From Candidatus Gastranaerophilales bacterium (lineage in GTDB: Bacteria > Cyanobacteriota > Vampirovibrionia > Gastranaerophilales > JAILCC01), in assembly GCA_045598245.1 (NCBI GenBank), contig JAZLLQ010000031.1:5532-69531 (forward strand): a stretch of DNA of 64,000 bases. Direction: 5' to 3'. The notes under the pieces were generated by a model. The model had not been told where the DNA came from and made no database searches. It worked only from the letters and a program-made list of their open reading frames with translations. Shown here piece by piece: positions 9,771-19,416 of this stretch. A program made the position numbers and the translations under genes. Within the stretch, counting starts at the first letter, position 1, and every line of letters starts with the position of its first letter.

Positions 9771-12548
9771 ATGGAATTTTCTGAAGAAGAGTCAAAACAA
9801 ATATTTAAAATATTCAAAGACGAAAGCGAAGAACATATCAAAAACATGAACCAGTGCCTTCTTGATATTGAGAAAAATCCTGAAGACATGGATTTGATAA
9901 CAGAAATGTTCAGAGAGGCACATAGTATCAAAGGTTCTGCAAGAATGTTGGAAGTAGTATCAATACAAACTCTTGCACACAAAATTGAAGATTTGCTCGG
10001 CTTTGCTAAGGAAGGAACTGTAGTAATCAACTCTCAAATGGTAGATTTAATTTGCAAAGGAATGGATGTTATTTCTCAAATTCTTGAAAAACTCGACTAC
10101 AATACATTGGATTACGTAGATGAAAGTTCCAATGCACTTTCTGAAGAAATAGAAAGCCTAAAAGATACAATTCTTTCAGGAAAACTTCAAAACAATCAAG
10201 ATAACAAACAAACTAACGATGAAGAAAAAATGACTTCAACAAATGTTGTCGAAAAAACAAAAGAGTCTGATAATATTGAATTTCAACCCAAAAGTACAAA
10301 CCTGACGAATTCATCAACAAACACAAACACGGAATTGGACATTATTTCCCACTACATAAATCAACTTGGCAGCAAATACAAAAAAGACAATGCCATTCTT
10401 GAAATTACTTCAATTATTACAAACAAACTTGACGAGAATATACCGGATACAAATAAAAACATTTTAAAACTAATTCTTGAAAACATTGAATATATAAAAG
10501 AAAACAACATTATTTCTTCTCCTGAAACAATACAGGCACTATCCGATTCATTATCATCCGCAATCGCACCAAAACCTGAAGAAGATTTAATACTTGTTAT
10601 GCAACGCCAAACTATATTAAAGCAAATGTTGGAATTAAGCAGAGAAAATGACAAAATTTTATCACTTCCGCAGCGACAAGAAGAACGAAAACAAATTGAA
10701 AATAAAATTGACCCGCAACACGATACAACAAAGAAACAATCAGGTTTCAACAAAGAAAACACCTATGAAACAGGAGGCATATTCAAAACATTAAGAGTTG
10801 ATACTCAAAAACTTGATAAACTTGAAAATCAGGTGGAAGAATTAATAGTATTTAAGATAAAAAACAAGCAACACTTAAATACATTAAATACTATAATTAA
10901 CGAACTTATTGATATTCAAAAACTACTGGGGAAAACCCTCTCCAACTACAAATACACAGATAAAAAAGTATCTAATCCTCAATTTGCACAGGAAAAAACA
11001 AGTTATTTGAAAAATTCACTTTCACATGTTGAAAAAATCGGAGAAAAAGCGGATTACTTGTATGCACTTGCAGATAAATTTCAAAAAAGATTTCTTAATG
11101 ATGATATAAGATTAAATTTCCTTACAGAAGAGTTTGAAAATACTGTTAAAAGTATAAGAATTCTACCGTTAGCTACAATATTTCACATGTTGCCAAGAAT
11201 GGTAAGAGATATATCAAGAGAACAGTCTAAGCAAGTTGAAATGATTATAACAGGCAGTGAAACGAGTGCAGATAAAACGGTTATTGAAGAAATAAAATCT
11301 CCATTAATCCACATTATCAGAAATGCAATAGACCATGGCATCGAAACTCCCGAGGAAAGAATTAGCAAAGGTAAAAACCCGACAGGTAAAATTCTTCTTA
11401 ACTCATATCACGCAGGAAATACCATTATTATTGAAGTTATTGATGATGGCAGAGGAATAAATATAGATAAAATAAGAGAAAAAGCTCTAAAACGAAATCT
11501 GCTTACTCCTGAAGAAATAAGTCAATTATCTGCAACTCAAATCATGAACTTGATTTTTTGGCCGGGCTTTACAACGGATGACAAAGTAACTGAAATTTCA
11601 GGCAGAGGCGTAGGTCTGGATGTAGTACACACCAAAATCGCTCAGCTTGATGGAAAAGTCAGTATCCAATCAGAAGAAGGAGCCGGTTTTAAAATAATAA
11701 TAAAAATTCCTATAACACTTGCAACATTAAAAGCACTTTTAGTTAAAATAGAAGAACAAATTTTTGCAATATCTTCCAGCTATGTAAAGACTGTAATGTC
11801 CGTAAGTAGTGATGAGATAATATCAAAAGAAGGAAAACCCCAAATAATTTACAATGACACTTCAATAAAATTAGAGAAATTGTCTGACTTATTAAGCATA
11901 AAAAAAGAAGAACAAAATACAAACAAACACAATATTGTAGTAGTCAATGTAGAAGAAACTCTCCTTGCAATTGAAGTTGACTCTTTCGTCAGGACTGAAG
12001 AAATTTTACAAAAGAAACTTAATCCTCCGCTGACAAGAGTTAAGAACATATCAGGAGTATCTTCATTATCCGGCGGTGAAACCTGCTTGATACTTAACCT
12101 GAATGATATTATGAAATCTGCTGTATCATCAAAAGAATTGTCAAAAAATTCGGCTACGTTAACTCTCAAAAGCAACAAAACATCTGTTCCTAAAATTCTG
12201 ATAGTCGATGATTCATATACCACAATAACTTTAGGAAAAAACATACTAAAATCCGGCGGATTCAATGTATTCACTGCAACTAACGGAGAAGATGCAATGA
12301 GTATAATGTCTTATGAAAAAATAGATTTAGTAATAACAGATTTAGAAATGCCTGTAATGACAGGAATTGAACTCATCGAAAAAATGAGAAACATGGGATT
12401 AACAATGCCGATAATAGTTCTTTCATCTCATGGTAATCCTAAAATAAAAGACGAATGTTTGTCAAAAGGTGCAAATGCCTTCATCGCAAAGAAAGATTTT
12501 TCGGAGAGATTCATTCTTGAAAGTATAAAAGAACAGTTAAAACTCTAA
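9771..12548 (+). CDS. cheA: hybrid chemotaxis histidine kinase CheA with C-terminal receiver (WspE-like)
   Basis: Hpt motif EAHSIKGSARMLE. Long low-complexity linker. HATPase boxes HIIRNAIDHGIE, DDGRGI, GRGVGLDVV. CheW-like domain. C-terminal REC (ILIVDDSYT...DLVITDLEMPVMTG...KGANAFIAKK). Confidence 0.95.
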   Translation: MEFSEEESKQIFKIFKDESEEHIKNMNQCLLDIEKNPEDMDLITEMFREAHSIKGSARMLEVVSIQTLAHKIEDLLGFAKEGTVVINSQMVDLICKGMDVISQILEKLDYNTLDYVDESSNALSEEIESLKDTILSGKLQNNQDNKQTNDEEKMTSTNVVEKTKESDNIEFQPKSTNLTNSSTNTNTELDIISHYINQLGSKYKKDNAILEITSIITNKLDENIPDTNKNILKLILENIEYIKENNIISSPETIQALSDSLSSAIAPKPEEDLILVMQRQTILKQMLELSRENDKILSLPQRQEERKQIENKIDPQHDTTKKQSGFNKENTYETGGIFKTLRVDTQKLDKLENQVEELIVFKIKNKQHLNTLNTIINELIDIQKLLGKTLSNYKYTDKKVSNPQFAQEKTSYLKNSLSHVEKIGEKADYLYALADKFQKRFLNDDIRLNFLTEEFENTVKSIRILPLATIFHMLPRMVRDISREQSKQVEMIITGSETSADKTVIEEIKSPLIHIIRNAIDHGIETPEERISKGKNPTGKILLNSYHAGNTIIIEVIDDGRGINIDKIREKALKRNLLTPEEISQLSATQIMNLIFWPGFTTDDKVTEISGRGVGLDVVHTKIAQLDGKVSIQSEEGAGFKIIIKIPITLATLKALLVKIEEQIFAISSSYVKTVMSVSSDEIISKEGKPQIIYNDTSIKLEKLSDLLSIKKEEQNTNKHNIVVVNVEETLLAIEVDSFVRTEEILQKKLNPPLTRVKNISGVSSLSGGETCLILNLNDIMKSAVSSKELSKNSATLTLKSNKTSVPKILIVDDSYTTITLGKNILKSGGFNVFTATNGEDAMSIMSYEKIDLVITDLEMPVMTGIELIEKMRNMGLTMPIIVLSSHGNPKIKDECLSKGANAFIAKKDFSERFILESIKEQLKL

Positions 12549-13924
12549 GCAACAGACAAATATTTTTTAGCATAATCTTTTAATAATGCTCTGCCCTTAT
12601 CTTCTTCATTTATAACCGGCAAAATGTCAACAGGTATACCGGCATGGTGAATTTTGGGAATTAAAGTTTTTGCATTGATTTTAATTTGCCCTACATAATT
12701 ATCGTCAGTATCATTACAAATAAAGTAACGTTCACCATCTTTCATTTCAGAACCAACAATTGTAATTTCATGCCCACCTATAATTTTCTTATTTGCATCT
12801 GTTTCTGTAATTCCTATAATGACATCCTTATTTTTTTCCAAAGTAGTTAATATATGTTTTTCAACCACATCAGGAGAATAAAAATATCCGTTCAAAATTG
12901 CATTGTCATCAACATTTTGATACACAACAGACGTTTTTTCGCCATCATTGTTAACTATACTTTCAACAAATGTTTTTTCAAATTCTGTTAATCCTGTGTC
13001 ATTTGCATTTAAAGAGCCGTATCGTTTGTCAGTTAAAGTATTATACGTAGACTGACTGCCTAATTGCATAAACGCAGATTGCATAAGCACATCAACACCA
13101 CTTCTGTTCATTCCGTCATACTGAGTATTTTGAACTCTTGCACGAATTATTGCATCTCTGTCCGGAGCAATTTTAATTGTAGCTTTTGTCCAATCAGCTT
13201 TTTCAGGTTTAACATTAAACATTTTAAGAAGATATAATGCATCCAATACATTTTTATTCAGATTAGCAAGTTTAATATTCTGAGAAACGGACATATCTTT
13301 TCCGCTTAAACTTTCAGCAAATCTTGCAAATTCAGCCGGACGTTTATCTGCAAGAGCAAATTCTATACTTGCCGCAACACAGCACGCACTATTTGCAACA
13401 TTCATATCTGCATTTGTTTTTGGGTCATAGGGATGAGTATCAAGAACAGACTTTTTATTTATTTTTTCTTGCAAAATAGTAGTTGCAAGATTTTCAGGAA
13501 TTTGCCCGAATTTTTGGTTAATGATAAATGGATTTGCCAATCTTTCTATTGTTTCAGAAAGAATTTTTTTACTGTCTAAACCCTGTATCCTTGGATTTTT
13601 AACTATTTTATACAGGTTTTCTAAAGTCGAACTTTTATCGTTTGACTCTCTGTTTGATAGCCTTCCGGTTTTATACAAAATATCAAAATTAATCTTATCT
13701 TTTCCGATTAAAGAAGAATTCAATTCTTTGTACATCCTCTTTTCTTCAGGTGTTGAAAATTTCTTCGTAAATAAATCAGAGAAAAAACCGGTAAAAGGTA
13801 TGTTATCATTTTTCATTGCAGACTCAGCCACAGCTGATGGAACAGAATACTTATTATGTTGTACAGAACCAGCATCAACAGTATTACCATGAATATTATA
13901 AACACCAACTGAATTTACATGCAT
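12545..13924 (-). CDS. papain-fold (C39-like) cysteine-peptidase-like protein, tandem paralog A
   Basis: 459 aa. Candidate Cys/His/Asp triad context: NSACCVAASIEFAL ... GGHEITIVG ... YFICNDTDDNY, reminiscent of the C39-like NACG...GH.VV..G...V..DP pattern. No Sec signal. The N-terminus MHVNSVGVYN...IPFTGFF carries the recurrent tag. By eye, about two thirds of aligned positions are identical to the neighbour at 14039..15433. Confidence 0.5.
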   Translation of the reverse strand: MHVNSVGVYNIHGNTVDAGSVQHNKYSVPSAVAESAMKNDNIPFTGFFSDLFTKKFSTPEEKRMYKELNSSLIGKDKINFDILYKTGRLSNRESNDKSSTLENLYKIVKNPRIQGLDSKKILSETIERLANPFIINQKFGQIPENLATTILQEKINKKSVLDTHPYDPKTNADMNVANSACCVAASIEFALADKRPAEFARFAESLSGKDMSVSQNIKLANLNKNVLDALYLLKMFNVKPEKADWTKATIKIAPDRDAIIRARVQNTQYDGMNRSGVDVLMQSAFMQLGSQSTYNTLTDKRYGSLNANDTGLTEFEKTFVESIVNNDGEKTSVVYQNVDDNAILNGYFYSPDVVEKHILTTLEKNKDVIIGITETDANKKIIGGHEITIVGSEMKDGERYFICNDTDDNYVGQIKINAKTLIPKIHHAGIPVDILPVINEEDKGRALLKDYAKKYLSVA

Positions 13925-14038
13925 GAAAATTGACCTAATTTACCTTATACATATATAAAACAAATAAACCATAAAAGTTGCCCCCACAACCTAAAACAAC
14001 TTATTACAAACAAAATAATTTTACAATTGCCGTAAAGA

Positions 14039-15433
14039 TTACCGGGCAAGAGTGTTGGATGCGTATTTTGCAGCATATTCTCTCAAAAGTTTCAGACCTT
14101 GATTTTCAGTATTATACGCAGGAAGAACATTAACCGGAATACCTGCATGATGAATTTGAGGAATAAGAGTCCTTGCCTTAACATCAACCTGTCCTACATA
14201 ATTATCATCAGTATCATTACAAATAAAATACAATTCGCCGTTTTCAATTTTTGAACCTATAACGGTAATTTCATGTCCCTGACCGCCAATAATCTTATTG
14301 TTTTCATCGAGCGGTGTAATTCCAATTATAACACTTTTCCCTTGTGCCAAAGTATCCAATATATGCTTTTGAGTTTCTTCGTGCTTATAGAAATAACCTT
14401 TAACAACACCATTTTCGTCAAGATTTTGATATACAACAGAAGTTTTTTCACCATCATTATTCACAACGCTTTCTACAAAAGTTTTTTCCATCTCTGTCAA
14501 ACCTGAATTATCAGCACTCAATGAACCGTACCTTTTATCTGTCAACGAGTTATATGTAGACTGACTGCCTAACTGCATAAATGCAGACTGCAAAAGAACA
14601 TCAACACTGCTTCGGTTCTTTCCGTCATATTGTGTGCTTTGAACTCTTGCCCGTATAATCGCATCTCTGTCAGGAGCAATTCGTATTACAGAAGAGTTCC
14701 AATCAGCATCTTTCGGTTTAATATTAAATAATTTGAGCAAATATATTGCATCCAGCAAATTACTATTGAGATTAGAAAATTCTATCTTTTGATTAATTGC
14801 CATTTCTTCACCGGTCAAACCTGCAACAAACCTTGCAAATTCCGCAGGCTTTTTATCAGCTAAAGAAAATTCAATACTTGCAGCTACACAACAAGCACTG
14901 GTTCCTACATTCATATCCTCTGCCGTTTTGGGTTCATACGGATTAGTCGCTTTGGCTATTGATGTATTTGTTTTTTCTGAAATTATACGAGAAGCCACAT
15001 CTGATGGAATTTGCCCGAATTTTTGATTAATAATAAAAGGGTTAGCCAATCTTTCAATAGTTTCGGACAATATTTTATTATTGCTTAATCCCTTAATTCT
15101 CGGCATTTTATATATTTTATACAAATTTTCCAAAGTTGAACTTTTATCATTTGATGAACGATTCGTCAATCTGCCGGTTTTATAAAGTATTTCAAAATTA
15201 GTTTTATCTTTTCCGCTTAAAGAAGCATTTATGTCTTTATACATATCATTTTCTTTTTGTGTGGAAAACTTTTTGCCGATTAAATCAGAAAAAAAGCCGT
15301 TAAAAGGAATTTCAGTCATTTTCATTACTTGTTGAACAGGCAAATTGCAAAGCAAATCAGAACTGCTGCATTTTGCACTATTAGAATGAACAGTTTGTAC
15401 AGAGCAAATATTATTTACAGGATTTATTTGCAT
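14039..15433 (-). CDS. papain-fold (C39-like) cysteine-peptidase-like protein, tandem paralog B
   Basis: 464 aa. TSACCVAASIEFSL ... GGQGHEITVIG ... YFICNDTDDNY. N-terminus MQINPVNNICSV...IPFNGFF. Paralog of 12545..13924. Confidence 0.5.
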   Translation of the reverse strand: MQINPVNNICSVQTVHSNSAKCSSSDLLCNLPVQQVMKMTEIPFNGFFSDLIGKKFSTQKENDMYKDINASLSGKDKTNFEILYKTGRLTNRSSNDKSSTLENLYKIYKMPRIKGLSNNKILSETIERLANPFIINQKFGQIPSDVASRIISEKTNTSIAKATNPYEPKTAEDMNVGTSACCVAASIEFSLADKKPAEFARFVAGLTGEEMAINQKIEFSNLNSNLLDAIYLLKLFNIKPKDADWNSSVIRIAPDRDAIIRARVQSTQYDGKNRSSVDVLLQSAFMQLGSQSTYNSLTDKRYGSLSADNSGLTEMEKTFVESVVNNDGEKTSVVYQNLDENGVVKGYFYKHEETQKHILDTLAQGKSVIIGITPLDENNKIIGGQGHEITVIGSKIENGELYFICNDTDDNYVGQVDVKARTLIPQIHHAGIPVNVLPAYNTENQGLKLLREYAAKYASNTLAR

Positions 15434-15520
15434 ATAGAAACACTTTTTCGGCTACCGATTTTATTAAAACAATAAACAAAAAAAGTTGCCAACTTAGAAT
15501 AAAATATTTATTATAGGATT

Positions 15521-16594
15521 ATGGAATCAGAAAATATTAAAATAAATTATATAAAAGAAGAAGAATTTTTGTCGTATTTAGACTGGCTAACCAGATTTAA
15601 AAACCCGATAAACAATATTCTAAGGGTAAGCGAAAAAATTATAACCAAAAATTCAATTTCACCAAAATTCAGCACAAAAAATGCAGAAAAGCTTAGTTTC
15701 TTTGAAAAAATAGAAATTGCTCAGTTTATTTGGGATAAATCATTAGATAATCTTTTAGGTGAAAATCGTTTAAAAAACTCCAAGTTAAAAGACTTTTTGT
15801 TATTTGAAGAAAACAAAACCTTTAATCAAAGAATATTATTAGAACAAATAAAATCACTTGAATATAAAAAAGAAATTCCAAACAAAGCAAGTTATGAAGA
15901 AATAAGAGAAGAAATTTTCTTTGAAATTGACTCACTTGTTGAATATTTTGAAAAGAAAAACATAAAAGCTACATTTTTAGAAAGACTTATTCTTAAAAAA
16001 AATTCTAATCTATCTAAAAGAAATTTATTTTACTCAAACGAAAAGTTAGCATCCATAAAATTGTTGTTTATAGTTGAAGGCATAACAGAGGAAAAATTAT
16101 TTCCACTATTTGCCAAACAAAAAGGATATGATTTTTCAGAAAGCGGCATAAAACTTTTTGCGGCAGGCGGGAAAACTCATATTGTAAAATATTATACTGA
16201 AATAAGAAATCTTCTTAATATTCCTGTCTTTATACTTCTTGATGCAGACGGAAAAGATATTATAAATTCGCTTAAAAGTATTCTTCTCCCCAAAGACGAA
16301 GTCTACATGATTTCAAAAGGTGAAATAGAAGATATTTTGCCTCACGAACTTATCGTAAAAACTCTAAACAATTTTTATTCTATGGAAGCATCAGTTGACA
16401 AAAATGACTTAAACAGATCGGAACCAATGACAAAAATCTTGTATAATTTATACAAAGAAAAAGGGTTTGGAGAATTTCACAAAGCAAAATTTGCACAAAT
16501 ATTAAGTGAAAACATAACAGATAAAACTGATGTCAGCCCTGAAATCGAAAGAATATTAAATTTAATTTTTTCAAAAAAATTCATTTCCGCATAA
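15521..16594 (+). CDS. Toprim-domain protein of the OLD-nuclease type, lacking the ATPase domain
   Basis: 357 aa. The C-terminal half carries the Toprim signature LLFIVEGITEE (catalytic Glu) ... GGKTHI ... VFILLDADGKD (DxD) ... GEIEDILP. The N-terminal ~180 aa is unrecognised and has no Walker A/B motifs. Confidence 0.6.
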   Translation: MESENIKINYIKEEEFLSYLDWLTRFKNPINNILRVSEKIITKNSISPKFSTKNAEKLSFFEKIEIAQFIWDKSLDNLLGENRLKNSKLKDFLLFEENKTFNQRILLEQIKSLEYKKEIPNKASYEEIREEIFFEIDSLVEYFEKKNIKATFLERLILKKNSNLSKRNLFYSNEKLASIKLLFIVEGITEEKLFPLFAKQKGYDFSESGIKLFAAGGKTHIVKYYTEIRNLLNIPVFILLDADGKDIINSLKSILLPKDEVYMISKGEIEDILPHELIVKTLNNFYSMEASVDKNDLNRSEPMTKILYNLYKEKGFGEFHKAKFAQILSENITDKTDVSPEIERILNLIFSKKFISA

Positions 16595-16666
16595 TATTAC
16601 AAATATTTACAAAGTAACAATAATATCCCTAAAACTGTATAATAATAAGTATAGAGGGCAAAATTT

Positions 16667-17593
16667 GTGCAAAAAATATTAGACAAACAAATAACTGATA
16701 ATACTAAAATGCTTGAAGAATTTATGGTATACCTTGAAGTCGAAAGAAACCTTTCAAAGCACACTCTTCGGGCATATACGGCAGATATGGAACATTTCCT
16801 TTATTGGCTGAAAGACCTGCCGTTAAATGAGGTAAACACAAACACAATAAGGCTTTATTTTTCTCAAATACAAATTTTTGAATACTCAAAAACAACTTTG
16901 GCTCGAAAAATTGCAGCAATGCGAACATTTTTCAGATTTTTATACAGGGAAAAAATAGTTAATTATAATCCCGCTGAAGCAATAAGAAGTCCCAAAAAAC
17001 CAAAGAAACTCCCTTCATTTCTTAATGAAGATGAAATAAATCAAATATTTGATTTAATACCGCCAAATTCCCCAACAAATGCAAGAAACAGAGCAATTTT
17101 AGAAGTTTTATACGCATGCGGAATGAGGGTAAGCGAGCTTTGCGGACTAAACTTTGGCGATTTAAACCTTGATGAAAACGAAATAACAGTATTCGGCAAA
17201 GGTGCAAAAGAGCGTATAGTATTAATTTCAGAAAAGGCAAAGAATTTTTTGTCACTATACATAAAAGATTACAGAAAATTATATGCACAAGCTAATGAAC
17301 ACATAACAGAGGAAACTCCTGTATTTATAAACAATACAGGATACAGGCTTAATACAAGAAGCGTGAATAAATGTTTGGAAAAAATTTCGGAAGAAGTCAG
17401 TATAAACAAAAAAATTTCTCCTCACGTTTTCAGACACAGTTTTGCTACAAAACTTCTTGAAAAAGGGGCGGATTTGAGAGTTGTGCAAGAATTATTGGGA
17501 CATGCGAGCATATCTAACACTCAAATATATACACATGTTTCAACGGAACGACTGAAACAAGCATACACAAATGCACATCCGAGGGCAAAATAA
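16667..17593 (+). CDS. xerC: tyrosine site-specific recombinase, XerC/XerD type
   Basis: GTG start with AGAGGG SD. N-terminal SAM-like core-binding domain (FMVYLEVERNLSKHTLRAYTAD). Catalytic blocks RNRAILEVLYACGMRVSELCGL, HVFRHSFATKLLEKGADLRVVQELLGHASISNTQIYTHV. Confidence 0.85.
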   Translation: MQKILDKQITDNTKMLEEFMVYLEVERNLSKHTLRAYTADMEHFLYWLKDLPLNEVNTNTIRLYFSQIQIFEYSKTTLARKIAAMRTFFRFLYREKIVNYNPAEAIRSPKKPKKLPSFLNEDEINQIFDLIPPNSPTNARNRAILEVLYACGMRVSELCGLNFGDLNLDENEITVFGKGAKERIVLISEKAKNFLSLYIKDYRKLYAQANEHITEETPVFINNTGYRLNTRSVNKCLEKISEEVSINKKISPHVFRHSFATKLLEKGADLRVVQELLGHASISNTQIYTHVSTERLKQAYTNAHPRAK

Positions 17594-18690
17594 TGAAAAA
17601 ATACTTAATACTTATACTTTGTCTTATATTTTTTACAGCAGGATGTCAAAATGAAGAAACGGAATTTGAAAATTACCGCACACAGCTTCAACTAAGAGAA
17701 GATTATATAAAGAGCGGCCCATTGACCATAGGTACATTAAAATGGGGACTTTCGACAAACTCCAAAATAAACTCGTCTCCTGCAATAGCAAATAACATTG
17801 CGTATTTTGTAAACAAAAACGGAATTATAAGTGCAAGAAACGCAACGACAGGAAGCGCATATTGGACAACGCCCAAACAACTTCCAAGCAAAACCGATGA
17901 GGCTTCTGTAGAGTTTCATAAAGATATCTTATATATTTCAGGAGAAAATGGTACATTGTATGCCTTAAACTCGGCAACAGGCAATATATTATGGCAGTTT
18001 TCAACCGGCAACAAAATTTTATCAACACCTATTTTTACAAAAAAATACGTAATTCTTTCATCAGGTGACGGGAATATTTATTTTCTTACATTGAAGGGTG
18101 GTACACTAACATACAAAATCGAAAATAACGCACCGTTTCAGGCATCGCCAACATTTTACCAAGGGAAAATATACATTGGCGCACTTGACGGAAAAATTTA
18201 TGCATATTCAAGTGAAACGAAATTACCTTTATGGAATTTTAAAGCCAAAGGCTCCATTGTATCAAAACCAATCGTAAATAATGATCAACTGTTTGTAGGC
18301 ACAACCGAAAATATTTTTTATTGTTTAAATGCAAAAACAGGTTCCCAAAATTGGGTTAAAAAATTAAACGGAATAATTAAATCAACTCCGGTTTATGGAA
18401 AAAATGCAGTGTATATAGCAGACGGTAACGGCTATGTATATGCGTTTTCAACAGGAGGTTCACAATTATGGAAATTTAAAACAAACGGTGCAATTCTAGG
18501 TTCACCGGCACTCGCCGATGATATTTTATATGTTACATCAGGTGACGGTTTTATATATGCAATAAAAGCATCAACAGGCACACTGATTTGGAAATACGGA
18601 GTAGGAACGGCAATATATTCCTCTCCTGTCATAAATAACGGTATAGTATATTTTGGAGCAGAAAATGGAAAATTTTACGCAATCAGATAA
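17593..18690 (+). CDS. PQQ-like beta-propeller lipoprotein (BamB-like)
   Basis: Lipoprotein signal MKKYLILILCLIFFTAGC. Repeated units G.(L/I)YA(L/I)(N/S)..TG..(L/I)W(Q/K)(F/Y). Start overlaps the xerC stop (TAATG). Confidence 0.7.
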   Translation: MKKYLILILCLIFFTAGCQNEETEFENYRTQLQLREDYIKSGPLTIGTLKWGLSTNSKINSSPAIANNIAYFVNKNGIISARNATTGSAYWTTPKQLPSKTDEASVEFHKDILYISGENGTLYALNSATGNILWQFSTGNKILSTPIFTKKYVILSSGDGNIYFLTLKGGTLTYKIENNAPFQASPTFYQGKIYIGALDGKIYAYSSETKLPLWNFKAKGSIVSKPIVNNDQLFVGTTENIFYCLNAKTGSQNWVKKLNGIIKSTPVYGKNAVYIADGNGYVYAFSTGGSQLWKFKTNGAILGSPALADDILYVTSGDGFIYAIKASTGTLIWKYGVGTAIYSSPVINNGIVYFGAENGKFYAIR

Positions 18691-19408
18691 TATCACAATT
18701 ATTATTCCCGCACGCTACGCATCTACAAGACTAGAAGGAAAACCGCTTTTAAAAGCAAAAGACAAAACAATAATTCAATGGGTGTATGAAAAAGCTGCAC
18801 AGTCCAAACTAGCATCAGATGTTATCGTAGCAACAGACGACAAAAGAATTTTTGATGAAGTAATATCATTTGGCGGAAAAGCCTGCATGACTTCAACGGA
18901 ACACAAATGCGGAAGTGACAGGCTGGTTGAGGTTTTACAAAAAAATGAAAACATAGATATTGTAGTCAATGTTCAGGGCGATGAACCTATGATTGAACCT
19001 GAAAGTATTGATAAGGCGATTAAATCGCTAATTGAAGATAAAAATGCAAGTCTTTCAACACTAATAAGGAAAATTGATGACGAGGATGAAATAAAAAATC
19101 CAAATGTAGTAAAAGTTGTAAAAGATAATAACGGTTATGCAATGTATTTTTCACGCAGTCCTCTACCGTATGAACGCAACAAAAATCAGGCAGATACTTT
19201 TGCACACATAGGGCTATATGTATACAGAAGAGAAGCACTTTTAACAATGTCAAAACTTCCTCAGTCAGACTTAGAAAAAGCGGAAAGTCTAGAACAACTG
19301 CGTGCTTTACAAAACGGAATGAAAATCAAAACAGCTACAGTAAACTACAAGCCTGTCGGCATTGATACAAGAGAAGATTTTGAAGAATTTTTGAAAAAAG
19401 TTATGTAA
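18665..19408 (+). CDS. kdsB: 3-deoxy-manno-octulosonate cytidylyltransferase (CMP-KDO synthetase)
   Basis: IIIPARYASTRLEGKPL, VNVQGDEP. The track start at 18653 is a TTG. The ATG at 18665 has GGAG 6 nt upstream. Confidence 0.9.
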   Translation: MENFTQSDNITIIIPARYASTRLEGKPLLKAKDKTIIQWVYEKAAQSKLASDVIVATDDKRIFDEVISFGGKACMTSTEHKCGSDRLVEVLQKNENIDIVVNVQGDEPMIEPESIDKAIKSLIEDKNASLSTLIRKIDDEDEIKNPNVVKVVKDNNGYAMYFSRSPLPYERNKNQADTFAHIGLYVYRREALLTMSKLPQSDLEKAESLEQLRALQNGMKIKTATVNYKPVGIDTREDFEEFLKKVM

Positions 19409-19416
19409 AAGTCTTT

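Larger units (their letters stand above)
12545..15433 (-). repeat. tandem gene duplication (two ~1.4 kb paralogous units, same orientation)
   Basis: Long collinear protein identity, e.g. SSTLENLYKI, ILSETIERLANPFIINQKFGQIP, IAPDRDAIIRARVQ, SAFMQLGSQSTYN, NNDGEKTSVVYQN. The first ~45 residues and both upstream regions have diverged. Confidence 0.85.

Noticed and set aside
13925-15520. Recurrent GGCAA(A/C)TTTT...TATAT pattern upstream of the tagged genes (13970, 15490, 20075, 28590, 39470), considered as a dedicated regulon box or sigma-54 -24/-12 promoter.
   Set aside because: The same TTGGCAA/TTGCCA-like hexamer plus A/T-rich -10 also precedes housekeeping genes (hom around 56060-56095; the decarboxylase around 59420-59445). 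It looks like the generic -35/-10 of this organism. The spacing to a TTGC element is off by one or lacks the GC for sigma-54.
16667-17593. Tyrosine recombinase as the integrase of a mobile element that includes the Toprim gene and the peptidase paralogs.
   Set aside because: The sequence has the full XerC/XerD-type N-terminal and catalytic blocks. It is followed by core envelope genes (BamB-like, kdsB) with a 1-nt overlap. I found no tRNA target, direct repeats or other mobile-element genes.
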